From assembly GCA_030141605.1 (NCBI GenBank), contig JAQGDQ010000731.1, positions 42,125-106,124 on the forward strand: DNA of 64,000 bases, given 5' to 3'. A program made the position numbers and the translations under genes. This DNA comes from Tubiluchus corallicola. Its lineage: Eukaryota > Animalia > Priapulida. The notes beneath the pieces are model-generated. The model searched no databases. It was not told the DNA's origin and saw nothing but the letters and a program-made list of their open reading frames with translations. Of the stretch, positions 63,116 to 64,000 are shown one piece after another (position 1 is the stretch's first letter; the number at the start of each line of letters is the position of its first letter).

Positions 63116-63902
63116 GTAGGATAGTTCTATTTTATTACTCATCAATATAATACATTTGCATTGTGGTCCAAGTTTTTCCAATCAAATATACATTGTTAAA
63201 AGTAATTAACAATGGCACATTTTGTTGTAAAAATTTGTAAATTCTTGTAATGTGAATGAAAAATTCCTTAAATCTCACTAATTAAATCTCACTTTCGTTG
63301 CAGTCAACTAAATCACAACAAATTTTATATAATTTTTATTAAAAATGGAAAAAACGATTTTATTCTTTATCGCAAAAAAATTCCCAAACAAAGTCATATT
63401 ACTTGGTATATAAGCTTACATGACTGACGGTCACTGTGCTAACTAGAAAAGGTAATTCTAAATAATTCAAAAATGTTTCCACCAACTGTTAAGACGGTAT
63501 TGCAAGCGCCTTCCCAGTGTGCACCACTGATTCACGAAAAACACTTTATTGGTTCTATTGACAACACAAAGTAATTTATACATTAGTTTAGTTAGCGAAG
63601 AGTGTCCTATTCTTCAAAGTTTACGCAATGTTATCTAAACTTTATTCAAATGTCTTGCCTTTGAAATTTCAAGTTTTATACAGCATTACTGCTTATCTAG
63701 GTTTTGTGCACAATAAAGTAACGTGTAAGTGATAAGAAATTTAAAAATTAAGATAATTTATTCCCATTTTTTTAATTAATTTCTTTTTTCCTGCTGACAA
63801 CTGCTAATGTGCAATGGAAACGTTGATTTTTTTTCTTATTAAAAATGATATAAAGTTTCCTGATATCATGAGACATTTATCAAACTCATGCCATTGTTCT
63901 TG

Positions 63903-64000
63903 CCAAGGGTTTGACAGAATTAGGCCTGCCTAAAAGTGTAGTTAGCAAACTGTGTATTTGTACAAGGGTTTAGCAGAATTAAGCCTGCCTAAAAGTGTAG
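63903..64000. repeat. ~60-bp tandem repeat running off the window end
   Basis: caagggttt..cagaatta.gcctgcctaaaagtgtag occurs twice. Confidence 0.7.

Overview
AT-rich, intron-containing animal genomic DNA (the 5S-derived sequence looks invertebrate); most of the ORF track is microsatellite or TE noise. Hand splicing gives five paralogous S1A (chymotrypsin-fold) serine protease loci sharing one 7-coding-exon plan. A (+, 2902-8236) has an intact triad but an unresolved first exon. B (-, 16124-22679) has an intact triad and one +1 homopolymer frameshift. C (-, 27623-30710) and E (+, 47087-48672) are truncated pseudogenes. D (-, 38403-45859) is complete at 333 aa. The proteases are atypical: C191 is lost, B also lacks C42-C58, the S1-pocket walls are rewritten, and the C-termini are hydrophobic and GPI-signal-like. 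Also present: a 9-finger C2H2 gene (12455-13846); a small spliced gene not represented in the ORF track, with two variant MyT1-like C-X5-C-X12-H-X5-C fingers and a PY-NLS-like motif (59794-63115+); a Polinton/Maverick capsid plus protease relic whose coding DNA became a 12 x 60-bp satellite; a nest of non-autonomous Helitrons and solo LTRs; a 5S-derived SINE; MITEs, LINE scraps and many simple repeats. All calls are by eye; no searches were run.
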